The notes beneath the pieces were generated by a model that ran no database searches, was not told where the DNA came from, and saw only the letters and a list, made by a program, of their open reading frames with translations. A stretch of 64,000 bases of DNA from positions 1 through 64,000 of IMG/VR virus record IMGVR_UViG_3300031555_002663. One strand, 5' to 3'. The position numbers were made by a program, and so were the translations under genes. Shown here piece after piece: positions 47,222-61,076 of this stretch. Source of the stretch: a virus (taxonomy: Duplodnaviria > Caudoviricetes). How positions within the stretch are numbered: position 1 is the first letter of the stretch; every line of letters begins with the position of its first letter.

Positions 47222-47746
47222 ATGGCAAAAGTTTCACTTACAAAACTTGGTTTGAAAGTAAATCAAGATGTTAAAATTGTTGACTTTAATGAACAAGACA
47301 TTGAAGTTAAACAGTATTTACCAGTTAATGAAAAATTAGAATTGATTAGTAATGTTATTAATTTATCTCATGATGATAATAATTTTGCTAATCCTGTAAA
47401 AGTTAGTATTTTTACTACATTGGAAATTATGTATGCTTATACTAATATTAATTTTACAGACAAACAAAAAGAAGATCCAACTAAATTATATGATATGTTA
47501 ATTTCTTCTGGCTTAGTGAAGAAAGTTGTATCTATGATTCCAGAAGAAGAATATCATGAAGTACTTTGCGGAGTTTCTGATAGTATTGATGCAGTGTATA
47601 CATATCGCAATTCTGTGATGGGTATTTTAGATATTGTATCTGCTGATTATAGTGCATTAAATTTAAATGCAACTGAAATTCAACAGAAGTTGGCAGATCC
47701 TAAAAATATGGAATTGTTAAAACAGGTTTTGACTAAATTGGGCTAA
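47222..47746 (+). CDS. probable tail assembly chaperone
   Basis: 174 aa directly upstream of tape measure. Confidence 0.5.
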   Translation: MAKVSLTKLGLKVNQDVKIVDFNEQDIEVKQYLPVNEKLELISNVINLSHDDNNFANPVKVSIFTTLEIMYAYTNINFTDKQKEDPTKLYDMLISSGLVKKVVSMIPEEEYHEVLCGVSDSIDAVYTYRNSVMGILDIVSADYSALNLNATEIQQKLADPKNMELLKQVLTKLG

Positions 47747-47792
47747 TTAAATCCATTAAATTATCTTATTTTTTAAAGATATATAGGAGTAA

Positions 47793-47835
47793 TTGGGGAT
47801 AAGAGTAGTATTACTCTTATCCCCAATTTTTTATT
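47793..47835 (+). terminator. long stem-loop terminator
   Basis: aattggggataagagta-gtat-tactcttatccccaatt-tttt. Confidence 0.75.
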
Positions 47836-47874
47836 TTGCAAAATAAAAAATTAGGAGAGAAAGGAGCAAAATAA

Positions 47875-50800
47875 ATGGCTAAACAATTAAATGTTAATCT
47901 TTCATTTACCGCCGATACCGGAAAGGCGAGAGCTCAATTGAAAGATTTGCAAACTCAATTGACACATTTAATAAATCAGTCTTCTATTGATGGCGATGGC
48001 TTGGGTCTCAGTAAAGATATTGAAAAAGCAACAAAATCTGTCGCTGAACTTCAAACCCATTTAAATAAAGCCATGAATACTAAAACTGGTAATTTAGATT
48101 TTTCAAAATTAAATGATTCATTGAAAAAAAGTGGAAAAAGTTTAGACAAGTATGGAGAAGAATTAAGATCTTTAGGTCCAGACGGATAGAAAGCTTTTTA
48201 GGCTTTAGCTACATCAGTTGCAAATGCAGAGATTCCTATTAGACGATCAAATGCTGCATTAACAGAAATGTGGACTACTTTAAAAAATACTGCTCGTTGG
48301 CAGATTTCTTCAAGTATTTTACATGGATTTATGGGTGCCGTTTCTTCTGCTTATGGGTACGCTCAAGATTTAAATGAGTCTTTAAATAATATCCGCATTG
48401 TAACAGGAAATAGTACTGAAGAGATGGCTAAGTTTGCAAAAGAAGCAAATAAGGCTGCAAAAGCTCTCAGCACTACTACCACTAATTATACAGATGCGGC
48501 TTTAATTTACTACCAACAGGGTTTAAATGAAGAGCAAGTTAAGGAGCGTGCTGATATTACTGTAAAAATGGCTAATGTTGCTCGTGAAAGTGCTGATATC
48601 GTTTCTGACCAGTTAACTGCTGTTTGGAATAACTTCTATGAAGAAGGCGGTCAATCTTTAGAGCACTACGCTGATGCAATGACAGCTCTTGGTGCGGCTA
48701 CAGCATCTAGTACAGATGAAATCGCAGGCGGCTTAGAGAAGTTTGCATCTATCGCAGATATGATTGGTTTAAGCTTTGATAATGCAGCTGCAGCTTTAGC
48801 TACTATTACTGCAACTACTCGTCAAAGTGAAGAGGTAGTTGGTACAGCATTAAAAACTATTTTTGCTCGTATTCAAGGTTTAAATTTAGGAGAAACTCTT
48901 GATGATGGTACTACTTTAAATAAGTATTCTGAAGCTTTAGCTAAAGTAGGAATTTCCATTTATGATGCTGCTGGAGGATTAAAAGACATGGATAGCATCC
49001 TTGAAGAGATGGGTGCTAAATGGCAATCCTTAAGCAAAGACCAGCAAGTGGCTTTAGCTCAAACTGTAGCTGGTGTTCGTCAATATAACCAATTGGTTTC
49101 TTTGATGGATAATTTTGATTTTTATCAACAAAATTTATTAACAGCACAAACTTCTGAGGGAGCCCTTAATAAACAGGCTGAAATTTACGCAGAATCATGG
49201 GAAGCTGCACAAGCTCGAGTAAGAGCTGCGGCAGAGGCCATTTATGGAGAATTACTCAATGATGAAGCTTTTATTGACCTTTTAAATATCATAGAAAAAC
49301 TTTTAAACGGCATTAAAACTTTTATTGATAGTGTCGGAGGTCTTGAAGGCGTTTTAGTATCTTTAGGAGCTGTTATTACTAAAGTATTTCATAATCAGTT
49401 ATCTCAAAGCTTGACAAATGCTGCCTATAGTATGAAAATGTTAACCGCTAAAGGCAGAGAAGAAATTCAAAATGAAAGAAAATCATTTTTAGATAGAGCT
49501 GCGGGCGTTACTGAGAATAAAGAATATACTACTGGAGAAGAAAAAGCTAGATCTGAAGCTTTAAGAGATCAGCTAACATTGCAATCTGAACTTTTAGATA
49601 AAGCTGATCGAATGAGCGAAATTGAGTTAGAAACTAATAGGACTCTAATGGACCGAGCAAAACTTCTTGGTGAAAATAAAATTAAAGCGGCTGAAAATTT
49701 AGATCAACAAAAAGAAAAAGTTAGCGATAAAACTTTTGATGTAAAAACATCTATTACTCAAAATGCATTAGATAATGGATTAAATCTTAAACAAGTTACA
49801 GCTGAATTTGATGGATTTCAAAAGAAATTAAAGAATGGTATTAACATAAAGACAAATCTTCCTGCTGAATTAAGAAAAATGCAATCTGAAGGAAAAAAAG
49901 CAGACAAGCAATTGGAATATATCCAAAAGCAAGCTCGAAAAATGGCAGATGCAGATTTAACAAAATTTGTTAATGGATTAAAAGCTAGTGATTTAGAGGG
50001 AGAAGAATTAGAACAAACACTGGTTCAAATTGTTGCTCACGTCAATAATATCATGGACGACTCTCATGCAGGTATTGTTGACCTGGGAGTAGATGTTAAA
50101 GATGTTGATGATTTAGTTGATTCCATGTATGATAGAGCAGAGGCTCAAAGAGATGTAAATAAAGCAACAGAAGAGGCAGCAGCAGCTCAAAAGACCGCTT
50201 CAGATTCTATTAAAGAATCTAATGGTGCTCAAAAGGGTTGGGCTGATCATATGGTTAACATTGCCAATACAACTATGGCAACTATCTCCATCATCCAAAC
50301 TCTTGGAGGAGTTTGGGATACAGTATCTAATCCAGATGCATCAGCATGGGAAAAAGTCGGTTCTGTAATGATGGGTCTTGCAACTATTGTTCCAATGTTA
50401 ACAATGGCTCTCAGTAAAGAATCTATTCAGTCAATGGCGGCAGCGGCCGCAGCTATTGCTCATGCATTGGGTCTATCTACTGAAGCAACCGCGGCAGGAA
50501 TTGCAGCCGGAGCTACAGCAACCTTCGGAACTGTATTGTATACGGTATTGTGGCCTATTGGACTTGTAATAGCGGCTATTGGACTTTTAGTTGGAATTGT
50601 CATGGGAGTTGTAAAAGCTTTCCAATATTTCCAATCTCAAACTCCTGAAGGAAAATTAAAAACTTTACAAGAGGAAGCTCAAAAAAGTGCAGATGCTTTT
50701 GCTAGAGTTACAGAGTCTGTTGAAGAAACAAAAGCTGCTCTTGAAAGTTTAGATTCTGCATATGAAACTATAGAAAATTTAACTCGTGGTACTGACGAGT

Positions 50801-53800
50801 GGTATAATGCCATTACAAATGTAAATGCAGAAGTAATGAAGCTTCTGGAAAAATATCCTGATTTAATTTCTGATCAGGTATATGCTACTGAAGATGGCAT
50901 GTTAAAAATTACTGAAGCTGGCATCGATGCAATTGAGAAAGAAAATCGTATGCGACTTCAAACAGCTCAAAATGTAAATACTGCAAATCAAATTGCTGTC
51001 AAAAAGCAAGAAATCGAAGTTTCTCAAAATGATTTTGAGGGAATGAATAAAATTGCTCGCGGCAGATATGACGATGAAGTTGCAGATGCAATTCAACAGT
51101 ATTATGAAACTGAAGGTGTTGGAGAGCAATTATTTACTAAAGAAGGAGCAAATGCATTACTAAAAGGCCTTCGTGATGAAGCTTCTTTCCTTATTAAAGA
51201 TAAAGTTGATTCTGAGAAATTTTATCAGATGCTTTTGGATAACCAAGAGCAAATTAGAGAGAATGCTAATATTCACAAGCAAATTAACATCTTAGAAGAT
51301 TCTCTTATTCAATCTCGTGCAACTGCTGTTGGATCTACTAGAAGTGCAGATGAAGTTAGAGATTTAGTTGGAGAAGATACAATTACCAGAATTAAGAATA
51401 AAGCTAAGGAAGATGTAAAACTTGATTTTGGTAACTGGAATAAACATATTAATTATGATAAAGATGATGAAGAATGGGGTATGATTGAAGACTTCATGAA
51501 TCTTCAAGGCGATGATGTTGAATATGTTGCTCAACGTCATGGAAAAATGGTTCTTGAAATTGATGGAGAAGAAATTGAATACTCTAAAGATGAAGTTTAT
51601 AATGCATTAACTGAATTATATAGTGGACCAGAAATTGAATCAAAACTTGAAGAAGGTTTTGAAAAGAGTATTGGTGCTGCTTTAGGTCGTTCAGTTGCTA
51701 ATTTAGACGTTACAGAACTTGCCGAATTAGATAATTTCCAAAGAGGACTTGCTGATGCTTTAACAGGCACCGACTTTGAAGGAAATTCTGATGAAGTATT
51801 TAAATCTGTTGCTAACACCTGGAACGTTGACACAGAGCAAGGATTTGAAAATTTCCAAACTGATACTCAATATATTGATTTAACATCAGAAGCATTTTTA
51901 CGCCAAGCTTTAGCTTTAAATGAAGGTGCTATTAGCGCTGGTCAATTTAAAGATGCAGTTCAAGAGCTAAATGCTCAAGGCGAGATTTTAGCAATGAATG
52001 ATTTCTTTACCAATGCGGCGAAGGGATTAGGCTTAGATGATGAAGCTGCTGCTGAAATGCAAGAATATGCTGAACATTTAAGAAGTATTGCAAAAGAATC
52101 TGAGATTTTAGATGAAAGATTAGCAGAAGACGCAAAGAGTGCGGCAGATTTAGCTGTTGAAATAACTCGAATGAATAAGGGTATCGATGACTTAGCAGAC
52201 GGTTTTGAAGAGTGGAGCGATATTCTTAAAAAGAGTAGTAAAGAAAGTGCTGAATATGCTAGTGCTATGTCTAATATCAAGAAATCTTTAAGTAATGTTC
52301 TTGATGTAGAATCCGATTTAATTTCTAGCAGCTTTGTTGAAGACCATTTGGAAGAAATTGAAAAGGCTTCTCAAGGAGACGCTGAAGCTATTGATTTCTT
52401 ACGTTCTCAAATGGATGAAGAGATTATCCAAAAAGTTTCTTTAACTAAGCCAGAAGAATTACAGCAAGAAATTCTTGAATTAGATAATAAATTAAAATCA
52501 GAGTTAGAGCGAATTAATGCTGAGATTCCAGATATTGAAGTTGGTGCAATTTTACAAGATCAGGCATTTATTGATGCTGCAAACAACTTAGTAACTCAAT
52601 CTGGTATGACTGCCGATGAAGCAAATGCATATTTTGCTGGTATTGGTTATGAACCAGTATATAATGTTACTGACGTTGAAGCTCCTGGTGAAATTGATAC
52701 TAACACTCAAACAACTAGCTATTTAGATCATTTCTCTTTATTTAATGGCTATTCTGATTTAGATTTAGGACCTCTTGGTTCTTATAAAATTCCTAAAATT
52801 AATCCTAATATTACTTGGCATAGTGAAACTAAACCATTAACACCAACTCCAATTGAAACAACCATGCCTTTGGTTAGCTTCAGTGGTGATGGTAAACCTC
52901 CTCAGATTCAAGGATTAAGAAAAAAAGCCACTGGCTCAATGAACAATTATTCCAAGTCAAATTCAGGAGGAAAAGCTCCTGGATCTTCTGGAGGTAAAAA
53001 AGGTAGCGGTAGTAAAGGCAGCGAACCTAAAAAAGTAGATCAAACTAAAAAAACAGATATTGTTGATAGATATAAGCAAATAGAAGATCAAATTGATGAT
53101 GTATCAGATGCATTAGATGATGCTTCTAAAGCTGCAGACCGACTTTATGGACTTGATAAAATTAAGAAAATGCGTGAAGTCAATTCTTTGTTACAAGAAG
53201 AAGTTGGCTTATTGGAGAAGAAAAAAGAAGAAGCTGAAAATTATTTAGCTACAGACTTAGCAGATCTTCAAAGCGCCGCGTCTGAATTTGGAGTCCAATT
53301 TACTACTGATGAAAATGGTAATTTAACTAATTATCAAACCATTATGGAAGGTCTCTATAATCAGCTCCACGCTTTAGAAACTGCTAATGGTGGCATGGCC
53401 GATGAGGCTCAAGAAGAAGAAATTAAAAATCTTAAAGAAAAAATTGATAAAGTTAAAGAAGCTATTTCTCAATATGATGAAACTCGTGAATTAATTGAAG
53501 ATATAGATAATGAAATTCAAGATAAGATTTATGAATGGCAAGATAATAATTATGAAATTTTACAATATGAGCTTGAATTAAAAATAGAAATAAATGATGA
53601 AGATTTAAGAAAGTTAGATTATTATTTAAATAAATATTCTGATAATTTCTATAAAATGGCAGAATCTGCGGAGTTGTTAAACAAACAAATCCCAGAATTA
53701 AAAGAAGCTTTAAGTATTTATGATGAGCATAAAGCAAAATTAGATGAAGCTTATGCCAATGGAGAAATTTCACAAGAAGCTTATATAGAAGGATTGAAAG

Positions 53801-55911
53801 AAGTCCGTGATGGTTATTATGACAGCCTTGAAGCTCTCAATGAATTAGATAAAAAGATGCTTCATTACTATGAAGATACTTTATCTGAGGCAAGAAGTGA
53901 ACTTGAAGACTATACTGATCATATGGAACATCTTACTGAGGTATTTGATCATTATATTAACTTAATGGATATTCTTGGAAAATCTAAAAACTATGAAGCA
54001 ATTGGAGATTTCTTAGGAGGAAAAGCGGATACTATTAGAGATCGATTAGAGGTTTCTAAAGAGTATTACAATATGCTTCTTGAGCAAAAATCTGACATTG
54101 AAGCTAAATTAAATGCTGCTATTGCAGAAGGTGACGATGCAGCCGCTGAACTCTATAAAGAAGAGTGGGATGCTATTGCTGATGAAGTTGATGCCGCACA
54201 AGAAGAGGTTTTAAGTCTTACTGAAGAGTGGGCCGAAGCAATGAAAGCAGTTATTGAAAATAATATGGCGGAAATTGCTGAAGTTCTTGAAAAATCTTTG
54301 ACTGGTGGAACTACTTTTGATACTCTCATGGATGAATTTGATAAATTAAATACTCGTCAAGAAGAATATTTAACTAAAACAAATCAAATCTACGAAACCA
54401 ACAAGTTGATGCGCACTGCAAGTAAAGCATTAGATGAAACAGATAATAAAGTTGCAAAACAAAAACTTAAAAACTTTATTGATGAAACAAAGAGTTTGCA
54501 AGAGAATACTAAATTAAGTCAATATGAGTTAGAAATTCAGCAGGCTAAATATGATTTGTTATTGGCTGAAATTGCTCTTGAAGAAGCTCAAAATGCAAAA
54601 TCTACTGTTCGCTTGTCCCGAGATAGTGAAGGTAATTTTGGATATGTTTATACTGCAGATCAAGATAAAGTGGATGATGCTCAACAGGCTTATGAAGATG
54701 CAGATAATAGATTATATAATCTTTCTCTTGAAGGTCAGCAAGAATTTACTGAAAAGTATTTACAAGCTACTCAAGAAATGTATAATCAATTAACCGAGTT
54801 ACAGCAAGCTTGGTTAGATGGTGAAATTGCTTCTGAAGAAGAGTATGAAAGAAGAAAAGAAGAAATTCTTAATCATTATCTTGGTCCAGAAGGCGTTTTA
54901 ACTACTTATCAAAATCTTTATAACATTGCAGTTCGTACTGATGCCGATGCTACCGCAGATAACTGGCAAAAAGATTATGCTGCAATGACTCAAAATACTG
55001 AAGATTGGAAAGACGCAGTAAATGAGTATTTAGTGGCTGTTGAAGAACAAACTGCACAGTGGGCAGAAGTTTCTGAACAGGCTAATGAAGATGTTGAGGG
55101 AGCTCTTGAAGATAGTGCAACAGCAACTAAAGAATTGACTGATGAAAGCGCTGAATTAAGAGATACAATTGTTGATGAAGTTATTCCAGCAATTGAAGAA
55201 GAATTGGATTGGGTTCAAGCGCAAACTGAAGCTTATGCTGAACAGCGTGCAGAATTACTGGCTTTAATTGAAACCTATGAAGATTATATTGATGCTATTA
55301 ATCAGCAAATTGAAGAAGAGGCCGGTCTTGGATATGATAAAAACACAGACTATTCAGCTGTTATGGCTGGATACTTAGCCGCTGGAGGAACTGTTGGTAG
55401 TGATACTTGGAATGAACTTGAAAGACAAAGAGAAGCAAAAATTGAAGGAGAAGATTTAAAGAAAGATTATTATGGTTCTCGTGTTGGAGAAGACGATTAT
55501 AATCCTCAAGCAAGTAATAAATGGTATGAAGATAAAGATGCAGTTAATGAAATCCTTAAAAAATTAGGTATTCAAACTTTCTCTTCTGGAGGATACACAG
55601 GAGACTGGGGTCCAGAAGGAAAACTTGCTATTTTGCATGAAAAAGAACTTGTTCTTAATGCAGGAGATACTGCTAATTTATTATCTACTATTTCTTTCAT
55701 TCGTGATTTGGTATCTTTGATTGATAGTCAAGCAACATCTGCAAGTCTATATAATCTTATGAGTACTCCTGGAGTAACAACCTCTCAAGAAGTTCTTGAA
55801 CAAAAAGTTGAAATTTATGCAGAATTCCCGAATGCAACAGACCATAATGAAATTGAAGAAGCCTTTAATAATCTTGTTAATAGAGCGTCTCAATATGCTA
55901 ATAGAAAATAA
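47875..55911 (+). CDS. tape measure protein (2678 aa with TAG read through at 48187 and 48199)
   Basis: Long helical Ala/Glu-rich ORF with central hydrophobic segments and C-terminal GGYTG...LAILHEKELVL; track ORFs 47875 and 48268 are in one frame. Confidence 0.85.
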
Positions 55912-55915
55912 TATG

Positions 55916-55948
55916 AAGGGTGAGATAGAAATATCTCACCCTTTATTT
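55916..55948 (+). terminator. intrinsic terminator
   Basis: aagggtgagata-gaaa-tatctcaccctt-tatttt. Confidence 0.8.
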
Positions 55949-56036
55949 TCGTTTATTGGCCAAATTACATTATGAAATTATATTGAAAACTTAAAATATA
56001 ATAGGAAAATTATTAGAGAAAAAGGAGGAATTGATA

Positions 56037-59000
56037 ATGGCAGATATTGCTGAGCAAATTTGTTTAGCTGTCGATTAGATCGTTTTAGAACGATTAAAAA
56101 ATATTAAATACGACACTACAATTGTCGCTACAATTGTAGATAATAAACACGCCGCAGATTATAGATATACTTGTTCTAATGGTTCTGCGCAATTTGTTGC
56201 TTTCTCTAAAGATACAACTTATAAAATTAACGATTCTGTGCAAGTAACAATTCCTAATGGAGATTATGATCAGCAAAAAATTATTATTGGTAAATATGTA
56301 GCTGATGATGAAACTCCTTATATTTTTACTTAGCCCTTTGATACAATCATTGATGTTAGTGCAAATTTAATTGATGAAGAAGTTTCAGCCAAAGGACTTA
56401 TTGCTAATGATGAATATGATACTGGACGTCATATGGATGAAGTTCTTGTATGGAGTAAAGTTTTTTCAGAAGGCTTTTATGATTTTGAAAGACTTGGTAT
56501 TCAAGGTCAATTTAGAAGTAGAATAAAATCTTTAAAACCAGTTTCAGGAAACTATGGTTATAGATTAGAAGTTCTTTCAAGTAGAGATGAAATTGTTTCT
56601 AATGGCTCTGTCCCAGAAATTGCTTTTATTTATAGTGCAATTTTAAATAAAGAAGAATATGGTCTTGGACCTTTAAATACTATTCCCGAAAGTTGGTTTG
56701 GAAAAGTTGCTGATGAATTGGGATTAACTATTACAGAAACTGAAGAAACTTTCAAAAAAGCTTATATTCAAAGTTTTAATGCGGAATATGAAATTGATAA
56801 GTTTTCAAATAAATGTATGAGCATGGCAAAGGCTTTGCTTTATGCTAATGCACAATTAACAGAATTATATTTAAGTAGTGCAGATATGTATGGTAACCCA
56901 TATAATTTTCAAAGCTTTTTTGAGCAAGAAAAAGTTTATGATATTTCTTCCTTAAATGCAATTTTTGGAATGAGTTTATATTTTTATGAAGATTCAGGTT
57001 CTTTCTTTGATGAAGATGGAGAACCAATTCCTTATAAATATCAAACCGGCAGAAAAAGAGATCCTAATTTGCATACAAAGGATCCTTATATTTGTTTGGG
57101 TTATGATTTATCTAATTTTGATTCTGAGCAGGCTCTATTATTTACTACTGATGGTTCTACATACAAGACTCGTGATGAAGTAGCGGTAGCAGATAATAGA
57201 AAACATATTCGTTTAAGATGGCTTCATTTGTTTGAAAATGGTAATATTTCAGTAATTTCAGAAGCCTCTCAATTAGAAGGATATGAAGTTAGATGGTATC
57301 GATATAAAATGGGCGCTCCTAGCGCCGATGAATACAGTGGAGTCTATTGGACTGCGATAGAAAAAACTGACGATTGGTTTAATTATACTTTAAATCCTGC
57401 ACCAAATACTTCAATAGAACAAATTAAAGCTATTGTTTTATTTGAAGGAAAAGTAATTCGTAGCAATATTTTAACTTTTTCAAATGAAGTTGAAGTCGCT
57501 AATACTGCAACTGCTGAAGTTATTTCTGGTTTATCTATTTGGTGTAAAGATGGCAGCTATGGCAATTATTGTCGATATGGTCAAAATAATGAACTTATGG
57601 ATAGTATTCAGCCAAATGAAAACATTCAAACCATTACTGCTAATACTGTTTTTACATTTGAAGCAAGATTTGCAGATAAAACTTTATTGGCTGATGAATA
57701 TAATGTAGACCAGGTTGCTTTACCTTTACAAGAAGCAAAAGAGATTACTTGGGAAATTCCTTTGCAAAATTCTATGATTATTGTGCAAGGGTTTAATTAT
57801 AACTATCCTATTTATGATAGCGAGTGGGTTAATGTAGATAAAACTATTCCCAATTATGAAATGATTTATGCTAATGATGATTTAAATGATGGCGCTCGTT
57901 ATAAACAAGATGGTTTTTATAGTGACGCTATTATTAAAGTAAGAGGAAATAGTATTTTTATTACTCGCAAGGGAGCGGAAGATGGTTCTATTAATGCCTT
58001 GCAGGATTATCGAATAAATAAAACATTTAATGCATCCGCATTAAATAATACTGTAAAATGTACTGTTCTTAAAAATGGTTTAATTTATAGTGCCACTAAA
58101 GAATTGACTTTTGGCATTATGGGAACAAATGGTACAGATGCTACTATTGTTATTGATTTTGACAATAATAAGACGGCTTTAACCGCAAATGACCCAGAAG
58201 ACCTTTTAAAAGTGACAGCACACCTATATGACTCTTCTCATAGAGAAGTTGATTTTCATGATGAAACCAATAAAAATATTCGTTGCTATTGGTCTTGGAA
58301 ACATTATTCTTTAAATGATGGAGAAGAAGTAAAACTGACTCAGCGCCTTAATGCTGAATATTTAGAAGTTGATGCAACTATCCCAAAAAATGTATGTTAT
58401 TTATCTCATACAACTCCGCTGTCTATTGCAGCAAATTCAAAATATTTTTTGGTATTAAAAGTAACTGTTACTGGTTTTGGTGATTATAATTTAATTGCCT
58501 ATAAAGCAGTACCTTTGCGCGCTAATCGTCAATATAGAAATATTATTGGCCCAACTGAAATTATTTATAACACTACTGGACATCCCACTTACTATAAAGA
58601 TAAATTCTCTTTATGGTGGTGTGCAGATGAAAATAAAATTACAGAATTTGATACTGTAACAGATGAAACAGCTATTTCCAATATTTCTTCTAATTGGAAA
58701 ATTCATAATCCATATTTAGAAGAATTGAATTTAATTGGTACAATTAGCAACAATATTTTAAAACCTGCTAATGTGTATATTAAGAACGCAGAGCCTTATG
58801 GAGCTTATTGTTTCTTAAATACTGCGGATGGAGGAACCTCTGAACCTGTTTGGATTCAGCCTTTTGTAATTATGCAAAATGAATATCCTTCTGCGACAAT
58901 TAATCAGTGGAATGGTAAAGAAGTTCAAATTGAATATGATAAAGGATATATTCTTTCTCCTGCAATTGCAGCAGGTAGAAAAGATAAAGATAATCGTTTT

Positions 59001-61052
59001 TATGGTGTTATGATTGGCGATTGGAGTAACACTCCAACCGCAGATGATTTAACTAAACAAACTGGTGTTTATGGTTTCCATGCGGGCGCACTAAGCTTTG
59101 CTTTTAAAGAAGATGGTACTGCTTTTATTGGTAAGAGCGGCCGTGGACGAATTGAACTTGATGGTAATAATGGTACTTTAAAATCTTCTGCTTGGACAGA
59201 AGAAAATGAGACTGGCATGTTTTTAGATTTGGATGATGGTATTCTTAAACTCCAAAGAGAAGGCGGATTTGACCAAATTCGTATTGACGATCCAGGAAGT
59301 TATAGTACAGGAACTTATTATGTTCAAAAAATTACCTATACTAAAGTTGATTTAAATACACCTTATGATTCTTCTCAAGTATATTTTAAAAAGGGTCTTG
59401 TCCCAGTTCTTGCTATTAATGAAGCTACTTTTAATAGAAAGAAAGCGGCAGGCATTCTTTATTATAGAGCGCCAGATGTTTATAATCAATGTAAAGATAC
59501 TGACGTATACAGTGATACTAATGAGTATTATCAACATACTTATACTGCCGCGATCGGTTTAACTGCAGAAACTTTTGTACCATCTAACTATTATATTAAA
59601 GATGGAGATACTTATACAAAATGTTCTGCAACAGCAACGTTTGATGAAAATACAACTTATTATACTCAAAATGAAGGTTTAAGTAGAGTTTATCCAACTA
59701 AAGAGCAATATGAAGCAAATCCAGGGCAATATTTCATTTATATGCAAGGTAATATTGTTAAAGTAACTTCTAACTTAGCTTATAATGCCGAGCATGAATA
59801 TTATCAAGAAGGATATGTGGAACAAAATTATGGCGTTTCCCCTCCTCCTTCAACTTGGAACACATCAGAAGATGAAAGTCTTGCAGATGGGGAAAGTTAT
59901 TATATTGCAACAGGTATGGAATATGTAATTTCAAATGATCCATACGACCCGGGCGAAATTTATTATGAAGATAATCGTTCTGAGTCTGATAGATATATTA
60001 CATTATCTGCAAAAACAACCCAATACCCTCTTGCTATTGGTACAAATGTAAATCCATCTAGCCGAAAGTTTAGAGTTGATTGGGATGGTACTTGCTATAT
60101 TCAAGATGGCGTTTTTAGTGGAACTATTGACGCAGAAAGTGGAACCCTTGGAGACTTAACTTTATATGGAACTCTTTCTGTTGAGAATGGTGGACATATT
60201 AATATTGATAGAGAAGGATATATGTATGTTGGACCTTCAGGATATATCGAATTAGATAATAATGCATATATTACCATGAATAAAGGTGGATATATTGAAT
60301 TAGATGCTCGTGGAGGATATATTTCCTCTGTAAAATTAAAACTATCTGATGTTGAAAATTCTGGATTCTGGTTAGATATTGATGGATTCCATGTTGGTGG
60401 TAGACAAAGATATTTTTATGCATCTCCGAGCGCCATTGGATTTTATAGTAATATGCTTGGATATGATGGTAGCAGAATTACTTATTTCCCTGGTACTTTA
60501 AGATTGTCTGGACACGCCTTAGATATGTATGCTTCTGCTATGGAAGAAGGATGGGGTGCAAGTGATGACGATCTTATTAAAGCCGCAGAAGATGGTCTTT
60601 CAAAAATTACTTCTACTAATTTTTATGATGAAGGATCAATTAGAATTGGTTGGGAGCCAAATAGAACATTTTTCCATCCTTATTTAAGACTTGGTTTTGG
60701 TACTTATGCTTCAGGCTCCACTTATCATATGGCTGATGCCGCGACAATTAAAAAATATACTGGCGGCATTTGGATTGGTAACTATGGATATGGAAACTAT
60801 ATAGGAGATGGCGGTAATCATTTACAAACCCCATTTGTAGACCCTAGAATTTATTGTGGTATGTTTTATTATACTGGTTCAACTTATTTGGACGGAAAAA
60901 CCGAACAGGTTGCTGAATATGGTCCGGGTGGAAGTTCTCCAACTGTACCTACAGTATTTAGATGTGAAGTTATTCCTATATATAATGCTAAGGGTAATAT
61001 CACAGGATATAAAACTGTTTATGAACCAGCGAGATATGCAAGATTTGCATAA
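56037..61052 (+). CDS. large tail/baseplate (host-recognition) protein (1671 aa with TAG read through at 56076 and 56331)
   Basis: GGAGG RBS plus ATG 56037, in frame with track ORF 56433; beta-rich, Tyr/Gly-rich C-terminus. Confidence 0.7.
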
Positions 61053-61076
61053 TATGAGATAAAGGAGATTTTTAAT

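Noticed and set aside
47222-47875. Programmed -1 frameshift in the tail assembly chaperone
   Set aside because: No convincing slippery heptamer with an extended alternate frame; the gene ends at TAA followed by a long stem-loop
32504-56333. In-frame TAGs as sequencing errors or pseudogenes
   Set aside because: All interruptions are TAG, never TAA or TGA; they hit essential genes; and TAG was never seen as a terminal stop
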